A stretch of 64,000 nucleotides of DNA from assembly GCF_000143415.4 (NCBI RefSeq), contig NW_003314281.1:51572-115571 (forward strand). Reading direction: 5' to 3'. Each line of letters begins with the position of its first letter. Positions within the stretch are counted from its first letter, which is position 1. This DNA is from Selaginella moellendorffii (lineage: Eukaryota > Plantae > Lycopodiophyta). The notes beneath the pieces were generated by a model that saw nothing but the letters and a program-made list of their open reading frames with translations, searched no databases and had not been told where the DNA came from. Below are positions 32,031 through 46,146 of this stretch, in pieces. The translations under genes were made by a program, and so were the position numbers.

Positions 32031-34709
32031 AAGGGATTAGAAGAGAAATCTAGGGTAGTTGATTGGAGTAGATCATGCACTATCATTAAATAGGTGCTTA
32101 AGAACACTCCTACTATTACATATTGTGCTAAACATAATATAAAATGAAATCCACTTAAGCCATATTAATGGAGAACCAAATAATTGTAAAACTAATTGTA
32201 GCACACCTACATTTGGAGCCAAACTGAAGCCTACTGTAATACAAAACAAGGGTTTGGTACACTTTCAATCCCATGAACACTAGCTTCTCGTATCTAGCAC
32301 CTGCATGCAAAATGGTGTTAGATGGTGTCTGACATGATTTTCATCATAGAAAAGCATGAAGTAATTAAGAACAGTTATAAAATCATTTAGTATATAAGTA
32401 ACACTTAGACATGTTAGAAAACAACCCCTACTCATTTTTGTATGCATTTGCATTGAATTAATTATTTTTTCTCCCGTTTATGATTATTTGTGCAAAATAG
32501 AGTTAAAAGAGTAATATATGTTTATCCTTACTCATGCCTTTAGGATTTGAGGTTGATTTCTCTTCTATTCTATTCTATTCTTATTCTTCTTCTTCTCTAC
32601 ATTCTTGTCTTTATTTTTTTGTCTCAAGTATAGATAAAAAAAGCTTTACTCACTTATGGCAACTATGGTGGGATTAACGACCCTCCATAGTTTTGATAGA
32701 AGTTGAATGGGGGACTTAGGGTAAGCAAAATAAGAATATTTACCAGCAATTCACCACACCTGTCAAAAGATACATTTTGCTTATAGACTTAAATAGAAGT
32801 TGATTGATCCCCACTCTATATAACTACGCAAAAGTATAAGAAAGCAAAAACTAAACTATCTTGTGTGCCTAATTAGGCAAATGAATGATAGATTTAACGA
32901 AATTGCTTAAATAGATCGCTGAATTATTGAGTGAAATATTTGATAATATTCTACTCAAGATATACAGAAGTTTGACTCTTAATACCTTTACTATTACCAA
33001 AGAAAGTGTGATAATACACCTAGATTACTTTGTAAGTATATAATGTAAGCAAGACTTATATTTGTGGAGTTACCTATACAAAAAGAAAATAGTACCAAGA
33101 TACTTTCTAGACAGAGAGATAGTCTACTTATCCAAACTAAACAAATTTTCACAATATACTTTATATTGTGAAAATACAAATGGCACATTAAATCAGTAAT
33201 AGTTTATTGGCTAATAGTGGTAAATATACTCCTCAATAAATATTAAAAAAATGACAAATACATATAAATTAATATTATATGCATAATCTTTAGCAAGGGC
33301 ACAAGAATATCCTCACCTCAGAGGTAAGCATCATACTACTAATCTATTATCTTGGTAGATTGGATCATATCAAGTAAAAAACTCCATAGATTTACTAACT
33401 TATTTGAATTGATGGACAAATTCTAAATATGTGGCACATTTATCTTGAATGCAACCATTCATCTGTAGCAATACTTAGGGGGGAGTAGTGTGAGTTCTCT
33501 ATGTATGGTATCTATATATACCATGTAGATACAAATAAGATTAACATATGCTAAATATTTATGCCTTTGGCTTTCATGACAATGTCAAAGATGTCATTCA
33601 TGTTTTCTTATCTAGATCCACCATCTCTCATATTTACTATTAATATTCATATTCATTATGATAATCAATTGCAAGAATAATGATTGTAGTGTGGTCATCA
33701 AACCTTTATTCTTTGTAGAATGGCCCCATGAGTAAGATGTAATTCCAATGGAGATTACATGAGTAATATGTATTTCCAATGGAGATTGAAGTCATATGTC
33801 AATTAATGTTGAATGATGATATTAGATAGAAAATCACGTCTACATATATTATAATGTTTTTGTTTTTATGGTCACCCTTAAGCTTGTATAATGGATGCAA
33901 TAGTGATTTGTGACAACAAAAACTTCCAATTCAGTTAGGGGCTGTTTGACTGGATAAGTCATCTCCTCTTAACTCCATTCATTTTTTTTTATAGATTTCT
34001 AAGCTTTTCCATGTCACTGTTTATTTTCAATCCACTAAGTTTAATTTCTTTTTTCAAGTTTTAGGTGATAGTAGTGCCAATGCAAACTTCATCAACTAGA
34101 AATTTAAAATAGCATTATCCATAAAAAATTTGAATTCTAGAGCTAGATGCTTCTACCTCTTCAGTAGCATCCAGCTTTTATTCTAATCTAATCCTTTACA
34201 AAAGTTATTTATTTAGTCTTAATCTATTCAGATCTTTATTCTTATATTAGCACTTATTTAAAAGAATTCCTATTAATCTTTTAATATTCTTTAGATATGG
34301 AGGATACAAACTTCCAGCAGTGATGATAATTAAGCTCACAATATTGGATATCATTACAACATAGAAAAACCAATAATCAAAGTGAAACCAGGGGAATTAG
34401 GATTTGAGTTTCTTAATTTGCATTAGATGTGAGTTTCATTCAAAGTGTCTTACTTCATCATAAAAATCATATAAAAGGTATTTTGACATCAAGATTTTAT
34501 TAGTCTTCTTTTATTAAGGTGCAAAGCTAGCGATTCCAGTAACATGTGGGAGATGAAATCAATAAAAAATATATAGATTTAACAAGACTAATCTTCATCA
34601 TAAATATTTTAAAGCTTAATATTTTTATAAACATTAGCTATTATTTATAGTAATATTTTTAACATCATCACATTGTATTAAATAATTTTGCTTTGTTTCA
34701 TTCACCAAA

Positions 34710-35075
34710 TGTATTTACAAAATAGTGACCACTAAGACTGGATATGTTAATGGTGCTGGGACAGATGCAAATATGAATGTGGTATTTACTATTGAGATGA
34801 GGTTTACATTTCTCAAACTGAACAACACAGATAATAATTTTGAATTTTATAAGACTGATGTTTTTGAGAGACAAGGTCCTTGTCTAAGTGAATATGATCA
34901 TATTTGTATAATGGAATTATCTCATGATAATTGGGGAGGCAAAGCACCTTGGTTTGTAGAGTGGGTGAAAATTGCACCCTTTGCAATTCATGAGAGATAT
35001 ATCTTTTCACAAACAACACATTTTTGTGTAAGAGCTTGGTTAGAATATGATAGCTTGCATTATAAAGTTAATTAA
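34710..35075 (+). pseudogene. PLAT/LH2 domain gene copy 1 (no clear signal exon or acceptor)
   Basis: CIYKIVTTKTG..AGTDAN...FEFYKTDVF...GPCL...DNWGGKAPWFVEWV. No intact AG is seen immediately upstream. Confidence 0.65.
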
Positions 35076-35446
35076 GTTTGTAGAATAAATTTTCTTTAAG
35101 TATGTATAATTTTTTTAATACTTTTTAAAAAAAGTGCCTCATGCATATTCTTCTCAATATTTATCAGAAATTTAAATTTATATGTTTTTAAAAAAGTAAT
35201 TTCTATTATTAAAAAATAAATAACAATATATCTTTAAAAAAACTTAGTTTACCTTTTATTATCTTTATGTAGAATTCTTTTAAAAAAGTTTTAAATTTTA
35301 TATAAAAATTTTCCTTTGATTTTTATGATGAATAAAACAAAATCACAGTGAAAAAACAATGTAATAACTTTTAGAAGTGTTAGCTATAAAACCTAAATAA
35401 GAAAATTTAAATTTTATTTAAAGTTATTTGTTTAGAAGTATTTATA

Positions 35447-35929
35447 ATGAAAATAATAAAATTTATATTTTTGTCTTTATTTTGCTATTTTGAAAAATCT
35501 TATCAAGAGATGGTAAGTTTATATTAAAGCTCACTAAAAAAATTAACTTATTTTTTTTCTTAGTGTGATTATACCATTATCATTAAAACTGGATGTGTTT
35601 ACTTAGCAGGTACTGATGCAAATGTGGAGATTATATTGTTTTCATTGTCTGGAGTGGTAATTCGTTATAATAATTTAGACAATAAAAATCATGATGACTT
35701 TGAATATTGTAATACGGATGTATTTCATATAAAAGGTTCATGTCTTTCAGAATATGATAAAATCTGCAAAATAATAATATCACAAGATAATTCTGGAGCC
35801 CATGCTGGATGGTATATTGATTGGGTTGATGTATCAAGTTCATCAACTGATTTTGCAACACATTTGGATATAGGAGCCTGGATTGAAAAAGATAATTTAT
35901 CATATGTTGGAGATAAATGCAATCTTTAG
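35447..35929 (+). CDS. Secreted PLAT/LH2 domain protein; exons 35447-35512 and 35564-35929
   Basis: Hydrophobic exon 1 (MKIIKFIFLSLFCYF), 51-nt GT-AG phase-0 intron, then CDYTIIIKTG..AGTDANV...FEYCNTDVF..GSCL...DNSGAHAGWYIDWVDV. Confidence 0.8.
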
Positions 35930-35982
35930 CAATAAAAATGTTTTATAAATCAATCAGCTGAGAAATATAATTATTTTTTTCT

Positions 35983-36075
35983 ATTAAACAGCTTGCAGAC
36001 TCTGTTGGATGATAAGCATCCCAATAGAAGTATTAAGTTCTTGTAGAACAAACTAATCCTCATGGTAAACAAGTA
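35983..36075 (-). pseudogene. GDSL lipase C-terminal exon remnant
   Basis: TCLP*GLVCSTRT*YFYWDAYHPTESA (block V DxxHP) with two stops. Confidence 0.7.
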
Positions 36076-36883
36076 AATAATTTCAATAGTGACAATCCAC
36101 AATAAGTATCATAGCATTCAAACATTATGTTATACAAACTATAATCCTAGTAATAGAGAAAGCGAAAACTTCTTCTTCCTATCCATGTAGTTTCTTTCCT
36201 CTCTAGTCTTGACTCTATTCAAATTTGAAGTCAAAATAGTCCTAATGTTTTAATTTTCTCTTTGTATTCATATCCTCACACTTCTTAAGATAGGATATCA
36301 ACCAGATGGCAATCCTAGGCTGCAAGAGATTAGAGATCTGAACTCTTGCCCTAATTGATGAGTAAGCAAGAATAGTGTTGATGTCCCATAGATGATGAAC
36401 AAATCAGATCAAGTTATAGTGGCTCCAATATTTGAGTATCACAGCTTGATTCCAAGGTGAGAAAGTGGCCTTCACAACAATTAGCTATAGGTCAATTCCA
36501 AAAGCCTCTCCTAAATTTTAAAATCTACTACTCAGGAAGCAAAATCAAATACCTGTGTGGTGCCTTGTCCATAACTTCAATAACAAGGAATGATGTAGTA
36601 ATGGCATGTAGAGCACCAAACACCAGCAAATACTAGATGCTGTTGGTAGGCTAAGGCAATACATGCATAGCATTAGGCATTGGGTAGAGGTAATGCTAGA
36701 GAGCAATGAGGCTTGTAGAATGTTGAAAGAGACACTAGGGAGCTGTGGAGTATTGTTGGGTGCTACATGCTACTAGTTGTGGGTAGTGAAGCACTCAAGG
36801 TGAGTTGAGGTGCTTAAGTAGTGCAGCATTGAGCTGAGTGTTTAGTGGATGTGTTTGGTGCTTTGCTGGTGATCCAAATGTGT

Positions 36884-39800
36884 TGTTAGGCACCAGCTTT
36901 GACCACATGGTCAACTTCGGTCAAAGGGAGGCTCAAGGGCACAGTGGAGCAGCTGCGCAATGGAGCTTTTGAGGTAGCTTGGGGTGGTTGGGTGGTGAGG
37001 AACTTGAAGAGGAGGTATAACGTAGTCTAGGAAGACTAGATCTCTGTCTTTTCACGTTGGATTATAACATTGGTATCAGAGGTAGGTTAGTTGTGATGGC
37101 CAACCAAGCTGAACACTGGAATCCTATTGTCGATGGAGGTGCTGAAGATGGTGCTGACGGAGCTGCAGAGGTTTGGACCATTCAAGATGTTGTTCATGAG
37201 CTATGAGCCCTTAACTGAAATCAGCAAAAGATGCAAGATGAGATGCATGGCATGATGGATACCATGTGTGCATGTGTTAAGGCACTTGAGGTTGGACGTG
37301 GTAGTGCTCCAAGTAAGCTGTCCTTGGTAGATCAACTCAAGATTCCAAACTTTTCCAGTGATGGTGGTGTGGACGAGTGTCTTGCTTGGCTAGCCAATGT
37401 GAAGAAGTTCTTGGCTGCTAGGGGGAACTCTAGATGCAGAGGCTTTAGTGGTGATTCCAATGGTTTTGCGTGATGCGAGTCTTCGATGGTGGAATTGGCT
37501 TGAGGAGTCTCATGTTGCGGATAAGAAACCACTACCATAGATGAGTTTGAGGCTAGATTTGATCCTAGGGTAGGTTAAGTCCCTTACCCTAACATGCCTT
37601 AATATACCTTTGAGCTTCCCTTTGACTGAAATTGACCATGTGGTCAAAGTTGGTGCCTAACAATTCTTCCCCCCTAACAAAGTCCTTGTCCCAAGGACGA
37701 GTTGATCACCCTTTTTAGCAAACCCTGCTCAAGCTTCTGGTCCATCTTCCACAGCCATATACATCGAGGCATTGGGCCCATCACTCTAAGATAGTACACC
37801 TTTCAATTGGCTGACATAAAAGTCTAGATGAAGTTTCACCCCAACTGGCAGTCGCACCAGATAAGCGGCTTTACCAATGCATTCCAACACTTCATATGGA
37901 CCAGCATATCGATGGGAAAGTTTATCACTCTTCTCTGTTTGTAAAGGCACTAAGGTGTTCTGCCGCTCACTTGACAAAAAGATCACTCGCACGAAGACGA
38001 GATCACCCACCTTATATGGCCAATCTTCTACTGAAGTTAGATACTAAAAAATTGCAAACTTTGTAGTATGAGGATGATGGGGATAACCATTTTAGTCGGA
38101 GGAAGAGGCTTTCAATTGTTGTTCGTCAACTCAATTGTATGTGGAACAAGATGGAGCTCGAGGACACTTGTGAATCAACTTTAATGTTGGAGGGTGTGTT
38201 CCGTGGCAGTCTAATGCAGATTTTCTTGGATAGTGGGAGCAATGACAACTTTGTTTCAGCAAAGTTTGTTACAGAGCATGGTTTGATGACACGAAGAGTT
38301 CTTCCATACATGGTGGAAGGTGTAGATAGCTCTGCTTAACATTTCAATGCTTATGTAAAGGGGCTAGAAGTGTTGGTTGGCAAAACCACACTTGTGGAGG
38401 CTTTTTATTTCGCGGATATCCATCATGTGGATCTCATTCTTGAGATGCCATGGTTGGTGAAGGTGGATCCAGAGATAAAATGGAGTATTAAATATGTCTC
38501 GCTAGAGTATACTAGCATTAAAGATGTGTGGTTTGGAGAGGGAGTTCAACCTCCAGTTGTTATGCTCTTCACTACATCTTTGAAGTAAGCTTGTCGTAAT
38601 GGAAAAGCACTTTTGAGTTACTTGCTGTTTGTTCGTGACTTGGGGGACCAAGGCACATATGGGGGAGAAGCAACAATATAGGATGTACTCGATGAGTTTT
38701 CTGATGTTTTTTCATCTGAACTTCCTTATGGGTTGCCTCCATTATGAGGTGTGGAGCATGGGATTACGTTGGAGCCAAAGATGCAGCCAATTTATCGGCA
38801 TCTATTTCAGTTAAGTTATGCGGAGGAGCAAGAAGTTCAATGACAAGTCAAGGAGTTACTTGAGTTTGGATTTATTCAACCAAGTAAGTTTTCGTTTGGT
38901 GCTCCGATCTTACTTGTAAAGAAGAAGGATAGTTCAATAAGGATGTGTATTGACTACTGTGCCTTGAACAAAACGACAGTGAAAGATAAGATGCTAATAC
39001 CACGTGTGGATGATATTTTAGACAAGCTTGGTGAAGCACAAGTGTTTACAAAGATTGATCTGAGGAGTGGATATCATCAGATTGCAATGGATGATACATC
39101 TATCTCCAGGATGGCATTCAACATAAGCTTCAAACATTTTGAGTTTACAATTATGCCGTTTGGTATAACAAATGCACCAGCCACATTTATTCGGTTGATG
39201 ATAGAGGTATTTAGGCGTTATCTTTATGAGTTTGTGGAGATTTTCTTGGATGATATTCTTGTTTTCAACAAGAATATGGAGGAGCATAAGGTGCATTTAC
39301 GCAAAGTTCTTTTGTTATTCCGTGACAGCAAACTTTATATGAAGAAGAGAAAATGTGAGTTTGCAAAGTCGGAGGTGGAATATCAAGGCCATATTGTGAC
39401 ATCTGGTGGATGGATCCAAGGAATGTGGCTACAATGGAGAATTTGCCTACACCAACTTTAGTGGCTGAGTTATGCAGCTTTCTTGGTATGGTTAGTTACT
39501 ATTAATGTTTCCAACATAAGTTTGCGGAGGTGGCTATTCCTTTGACACGCAACGTGCTATTCAAGTGGAAGAAGCCACAAGAGGAGAGTTTTGTGGCGTT
39601 GAAATGATTGTTGAGCGAGGCTCTAGTGCTTTGTATTGTTGATCCATCAAAACCTTACGAGGTGACATGTGATGTGAGTGATTATACATTGGGAGGAGTT
39701 CTCATGCAAGAGAGATAGCCTATTGCATATGAGAGTCAAACTTTGAATCCCACAGAACAACACTATTCCACATATGAACAAGAGTTACTTTTTATTGTTC

Positions 39801-41661
39801 ATACTTTGCAGACGTGGCGGCATTATCTTTATAGTGTAGTGTTCGTGGTGTTGATGGATCACAAACCACTTGTGTATCTTTTCACACAGAAAGAGTTGAA
39901 CATTAGGTAAGCTCATTGGATGGTCAAACTCATGGAGTTTGGGGAGTTTTCTATTGAGCATCGTTCGGGAAAATCAAATGTGGTGGTAGATGCTTTATCT
40001 TGTATTTGTCATATGATGGCATTACAAACATGGTTTTGTTATCATTTGAGTAAAATAGTCAGTGAGTTTGGACAGTTGGTTGAGGGTGCTCAAGCTCAGG
40101 GTGCTGAGGTAGCTTCTTTGCACGACCAAATGGAAGCCCCTTTCTCATTGGTGGATGGGATTCTTTATTACAATGGCTGTGTATATTTGCCATGGGTGGA
40201 TGCATTAATTACTCAAGTTTTATTCCACTATCATGATCATTCAGAGGCCAGCCATTTTAGGGAGAAGAAGATGTATAAGTTGATTAAGCGCAATTTTTAT
40301 TGAAGGAATGTGAAAGCTGATATCTTCGACTATTGTAAATCATATGAGTTTTGTCAGCGAGTAAAGGTGCCATAGGAGAAGCTGAAGGGACTTTTGCAAC
40401 TTTTACCTATTCCTCACAGCCATTAGTGTAGTATCTCTATGGACTTCATCACTTGTTTGCCATGAACACAGAGGCAAAAGGAGTAAGTATGGGTTATAGT
40501 GGATCAGTTGATGAAGTATATGTGGTTGTTGGCTCTTCAAAAGTTTGTCACTACCTCAGAATTGGCTTTGTCTACTTGGAGAATGTTTTTTCTGATTTTG
40601 GTTTGCCAGAGGACATCATTAGTGATCAAGATTCAAAGTTCACAAGTGGATTTTGGAAAAGCTTTGTGAAGGCTATGCAAATGACTTTAAAACTCTCAAG
40701 TGGAGATCATCCTCAAACGGATGGGCAAATTGAGTTTGTAAATCAAGTGGTGGAAGATATGCTACATTGTAGCATTGGTCAAAGGCAAGGACAATGGGAT
40801 CTATATCTTCTATTGGTGCAATTTGCTTACAATAATAGCCAACATAGTGGAACCAAGCTAAGTCCTTACTTTGCTATGTTTGGAAAGCATTCCCGAACAG
40901 TGGTGGAGTTGGAATTGCATTTGAGTAAGGAAGTTCAAGATAAGCTTGATTATGAGGCAACTGATCTGGCCACAGAATTTGATGAGATTCTGGTGGTATG
41001 CAAACAAAATTTGCAAACAACTCAAGATAGAACGGAGAAGTTTGCTAATGAGCATTTGCCAATTCCAAGAATATAAGGTGGGTGATCTCGTCTTCGTGCA
41101 AGTGATTTTTCCGTCAAGTGAGCGGCAGAACACATTGGTGCCTTTATGGACAGGGAAGAGTGACAAACTTTCCTATTGATATGTTGGTTCATATGAAGTG
41201 TTGAAGCGCATTGGTAAAGCGGCTTATCAGGTGTGGCTGCCAGTTGGGGTGAAAATTCATCCGGTATTTTATGTTAGCCAGTTAAAAGGTGTACTATCTC
41301 GTAATGACAGACTCAATGCCTTCTTGATGTATACAGCTGTAGAAGATGGATCAGGAGCTTGAGCAGAGTTCCCCAGAAGGGTTGATCACTGGTACAATTT
41401 GTCCTTGGGACAAGGACTTTGTTAGGGGGGGAAGAATTGTTAGGCACCAACTTTGACCACATGGTTAACATTGGTCAAAGGGAGGCTCAAGGGTATATTA
41501 AGGCATGTTAAGGTAAGGGACTTAACCTACCCTAGGGCTCATAGTGTGCAATGAAGCTTTTGAGGTAGCTCAGGGGAGGTTAGGTGGTGTGGAACCTCAA
41601 GAGGAGGCATAGCGTAGTCTAGGAAGACTAAATCTCTATATTTTTATGCTAGATTATAACA
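36884..41661 (+). mobile_element. Decayed Ty3/gypsy LTR retrotransposon with an internal inverted copy of its own 3' end
   Basis: 5' LTR 36884-37069, PBS TGGTATCAGAG at 37071, PPT ~41424-41437, 3' LTR 41438-41661, TSD TGTGT/CGTGT. Motifs FLDSGS, KIDLRSGYHQ, FLDDIL, HPQTDGQ. Many stops. Confidence 0.92.
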
Positions 41662-44600
41662 CGTGTGGATCAGAAGCTTTACGCAGCTCAGAGGCTACAA
41701 CAAGCTTAAGGCACTAGCTAGAGATGCTAGAGATGGCATTATGTTTAGAGAGTTTTTATGGCTCTAGATTGAATTAAATTTTAATCCATGACAAATGGAG
41801 ACTCTTTGGCAAGTTTTTCCTAAGAGGGAGATCTTGAGAGGCAGCAATAGGATAAATCAAGAGGCAATAAGCCATGATATTTCTTGATGTTTAGGCTCTT
41901 ATGATGTTTAAGCAAGAGGGAGTATATACTCTTTTCTTCATAAGATCCAGATTTGACACCATCCTAATTCAAATGGCTAGATGGTCATTAGAGAGTCATG
42001 AGTCACAACCCTTAATTTCTCCTCTTGTTGTATATATTCAATGTCATGGGCTATGGGACTCTTGAGAGGGATATATATATTCTTTTAGAGATTGGAGGGA
42101 TAAAGCTCTTGAAAGGAAGCACTAAATGTTAGGTGTTAATAAATTTAGGAGGCATATGATGGCCAAGAATAGATTAAGGAGAGGATGGAATTTCTCTTAG
42201 ATATATTTCTAGTGGGTGTGGATCCAACAGTATGATCCAAAGCCTCAATATGAGGCAAATCACCTTGAGAGAGAGTAGTGAGTGGAGATGAAGATTAAGG
42301 AGACTTTTGTGTTTAAGTTCTTATGATGTTCGAGAAAGAGGGAATATTAGGGTGATATGCTCTTCTCCTCAAGTGGCAGGTTTTGGACACCTTCCTAATT
42401 TTGTAGGCTAAATGGTCACTGAAGGGTCATAAGCCATGACATATATATTTAATGTGATATATTAAAGATTATCCTTTGCCTATCTATTGTTTTTCTTTTA
42501 ATAGAAAGTCTAAAAAGAAAGAGGAGATCATTGCTAGTTATAAGCAACTAAAGAGAATGACTCAAAAGATAATCCATTCAAGTTCAAATATAAAGGGAAA
42601 AGCCTTATGAATAAAAGTGCACCCCGTTTTCCAAATGGTTAAAAGTTATGAAATACTTGGGGTTAAATGTACTTAGGTTGAATAGTACTAAGTTTGGTGA
42701 TCTCTAAGAAATCCAAATTCATGAATTTACATTTGGTATTAGAGAAGTTTTATGTCTAACTCTATAGGTTGGTTAGGGGAATTATCTGAGACTCTATTGG
42801 TTGGTTAGGGGAATTATACCATATTTTATCTAACAATCTATTCATGAGGGCATGAACTTATATTATATACTAATTCAATGCTAAACTCCCAAATCATTGC
42901 CAATTTTATAGTACTAGTGTTGTGAAACAAAGTTGGCTATCATTAGATATAGACAAACCACTATTGAGAATTGACAATACATGAATAAGCATATTATATT
43001 TTAGCTTGATCTGCATACTATTGACAAGTATAGTAAGGTTTATATTGTTTCTAAGTAGAAATAATTTATTTAATTTGCTTTAGGATCAACTTGCAAACCT
43101 TAGCAAGAAATGTGGTACATTGTAGATATCATAGACGTACTCCTCTCACGTCCTTTTCAAGTGGATCAAGACATTATTGATGAAATCGGCAATCATTTCT
43201 AACATATTGTAAAAAAACCTTGCTAGAAATTTGCTAAACCATTATTCAAACCAAAAAACATTACCAAAATTAATACAAATCAAATAATGTATGGAAAGTA
43301 ATATTGGGAATATGTTTTATCAGTACTTATCAATACCCAAGAAACAATATTTAATATGGTAAACTAACAACTTCAAACAATTCAAACGATTGGTAAGACG
43401 TGGAAGAAAGTATATATTTGGGATAGTCACATTGTTTAACAAATAATATGTATAGGATATACACACTAACATATCCCATAATATATATAGGAGTATATAT
43501 CTAGGATTTTTCATAGTTGACATAGTGAAGTGAAGAGCATTTAAGAGAGTTTTTTTGGACAATTTCCCTATATTTTTAGTTTGCTAGACAGTGAAAGGTG
43601 TCTTCTAAGAATGCCTAACCTGTATATCTAAATAGAAAAGAGAAAAAAATGGAGATTTCCATCTTTATTTATGTTATAGAGGAAATTTTTTAACTATGTC
43701 CTATTTAGAGTCATGGCACTAGAAGTAGAAGAAGAATTTGAGAGTGATTTTACATTTTTCTATATTGCAGCTTCTTNNNNNNNNNNNNNNNNNNNNNNNN
43801 NNNNNNNNNNNNNNNNNNNNNNNNNNNNNNNNNNNNNNNNNNNNNNNNNNNNNNNNNNNNNNNNNNNNNNNNNNNNCCTATACGCAATAGCGACAAAGAA
43901 AAGATCTCACATCTTACAGAGTATTTTTTATCCACATGTTCTAAGCTTGTTTAGCTTTAGGGGTAGAATTAGAGATCATTTAAGCTACCAAGCAATCAAA
44001 GTTTTAGAGGTGAGGTTTGGTTCTTGCTTCTTCCAAACTTTAGTTCTTCTTCTCCACAATTTTGGATTTTAGTTTTTTGTTAAGCTCAAGGTACTAAAAC
44101 CTTGGACAAAGTGTTTCACCACATTCTTGATCATTTACATTGAAGATCTTGTTGACAAATTGTTTATCACCTAAATCTTTTACCACCAATTTCAAAACAT
44201 TTGATTCTTGAGGAGTTAAAAACAGAACAAGTGCAATAGATGCCTCTCCAACTTGCTATGATGATTGATCCATATAACATAACAATTTTGCTAAAGTTGT
44301 AAAGAGATAGCCAAGAAGATGTTTGAGTCCACATTGAGCAAACAAAGAGGATCCTCTAGACACTCAATATCATGGATCCTTTGCTCCATATATGATATTT
44401 CCTCATCACCATGCCAGAACCAAATGCTCTTTGTTAGGTGGATTCACTTTTTATAGTTAAGTAGTGATGTTTTGCAATGATGGAGACTATGTTTTTAGAG
44501 TGCTTTAAGATGATTTTTATTCAAGATTTCATGATGGTAAAGCTGGTGCATACAAAATGCAACCTAAAGAGTCCATCCATAAATATAACATCCACTTCAA

Positions 44601-45849
44601 GGAGTATCTTTGCAAGTGCAAGTGGTCAAGTGTGGATTGCATTAGTGTTTGAGCCATTAAGGCTTATATTGACTCTCTCAATTTGGCACTGGAAAAAGGT
44701 TTGAGGGAAAGGTCTAGCTACCATAGAGCAAGTTATGGAGCAAGTTGTACAAGTCAAGCACAAAAGGATGTTAGAGCAAGAAGTGCGTATAAGAAGAGTT
44801 ACCACATTGCATAGTCACCACTATTGCTACCAATTGGAAACCAAATGTTCACTTTCACTTAGCTTCTCACAAACATGCTAAACACCACAAAAAAAGATTG
44901 GTGAGTGATTGGATCAATTGAAGAATCCTAGCAAGCAACAAGCACATCCCAAAAACAACTACTTCCCTCAAGTGAATGTTTGATGTCAATAGTGGGGAAG
45001 GGTTGCACAACAAGATGACTATGACGAAAGATAGAACAACACTCTACCACCAAGCTCATACTAACAAGAAGCAAGGTCAATGCCTCAACTAAAATGACAA
45101 ACAACTTTTACAGGCATTTTGGTCATAATTAATACTGATTCAAGAGGGATTACCTAGCATGTTCTAAACAGTCTCAGAGATTAACTTTAGCTTCGGAACA
45201 TATATTAGACAATGCTCACTTGGTTGACTCATTAGATGGTGGTGTATCATCTTCACAAGAGCCACAAGCTCTACAAAACATCAAGAAGAAAAGCATAACA
45301 ATGATTTCAACCTATTAAAAAAACTCTCTCCAAGTGCTCTACTTCAACTATGAGAACTCTTATATATACTATGGGACATGTTAGTATGCATTTAGCAACC
45401 TCCATATAGCCACATTTGTCCTAGATGTGNNNNNNNNNNNNNNNNNNNNNNNNNNNNNNNNNNNNNNNNNNNNNNNNNNNNNNNNNNNNNNNNNNNNNNN
45501 NNNNNNNNNNNNNNNNNNNNNNNNNNNNNGACCAAGACCAAAACTTTAAAGCATATGCAAAAGAAAACAAGAAAATACCCAATTAATCATGTCATGCCCT
45601 TCACTCAGTCATTATTGCGAGTTTATTGCCAAGTCTTTGAGAACTAAAGTGAAACCACTAACCTAGAAGAGTTGAGAAGCATTAGTTTTTAATTAAAAAT
45701 GGCAACATGTAATAGAAATTTGGTATATTAGTGTTACAAATGTAATTTTGGGTATCAAAAGATATTTGTCGGCCAGTCCTTACAAACACTCTCTTTTTAC
45801 TGCCATAACGGTAAAGGGGGGGGGGGGGGGGGGGGGGGGGGGGTTTCAA

Positions 45850-46146
45850 ATGTATAGTAGGGGTAGTGGGTAAAGTGCATGGCCGACCATCTAAAATATT
45901 AATTTGGCTTCCATTGGGATGTGTCACTTCTTGTTTTATATTCGGCTAGGGTTTAAACCTAAATTCCATGTTACTCTAGTTGGTGAGGTACCCTTCTCAT
46001 GTTAGGCCACCGGTAAGCTAGTGTTGCTTAGATCGGGTCTTTCTTCTTTAGATGCCTAAACTTAGATATAACTCTATTTCGCTTAAAATTTCTTCTTTTG
46101 CTTTACCTAGGATGATACACAAAATAAAACATTTACCTTTTCATCA
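45850..46146 (-). repeat. LTR-like fragment shared with 52600-52831
   Basis: Common block GGTCTTTCTTCTTTAGATGC...GGATGATACACAA.ATAAAACATTTACCT.TTCATCA. Confidence 0.55.

Noticed and set aside
45816-45843. Poly-G tract as a functional G-quadruplex or poly-Pro ORF
   Set aside because: Homopolymer near a gap and repeat edge; length unreliable and no supporting context.
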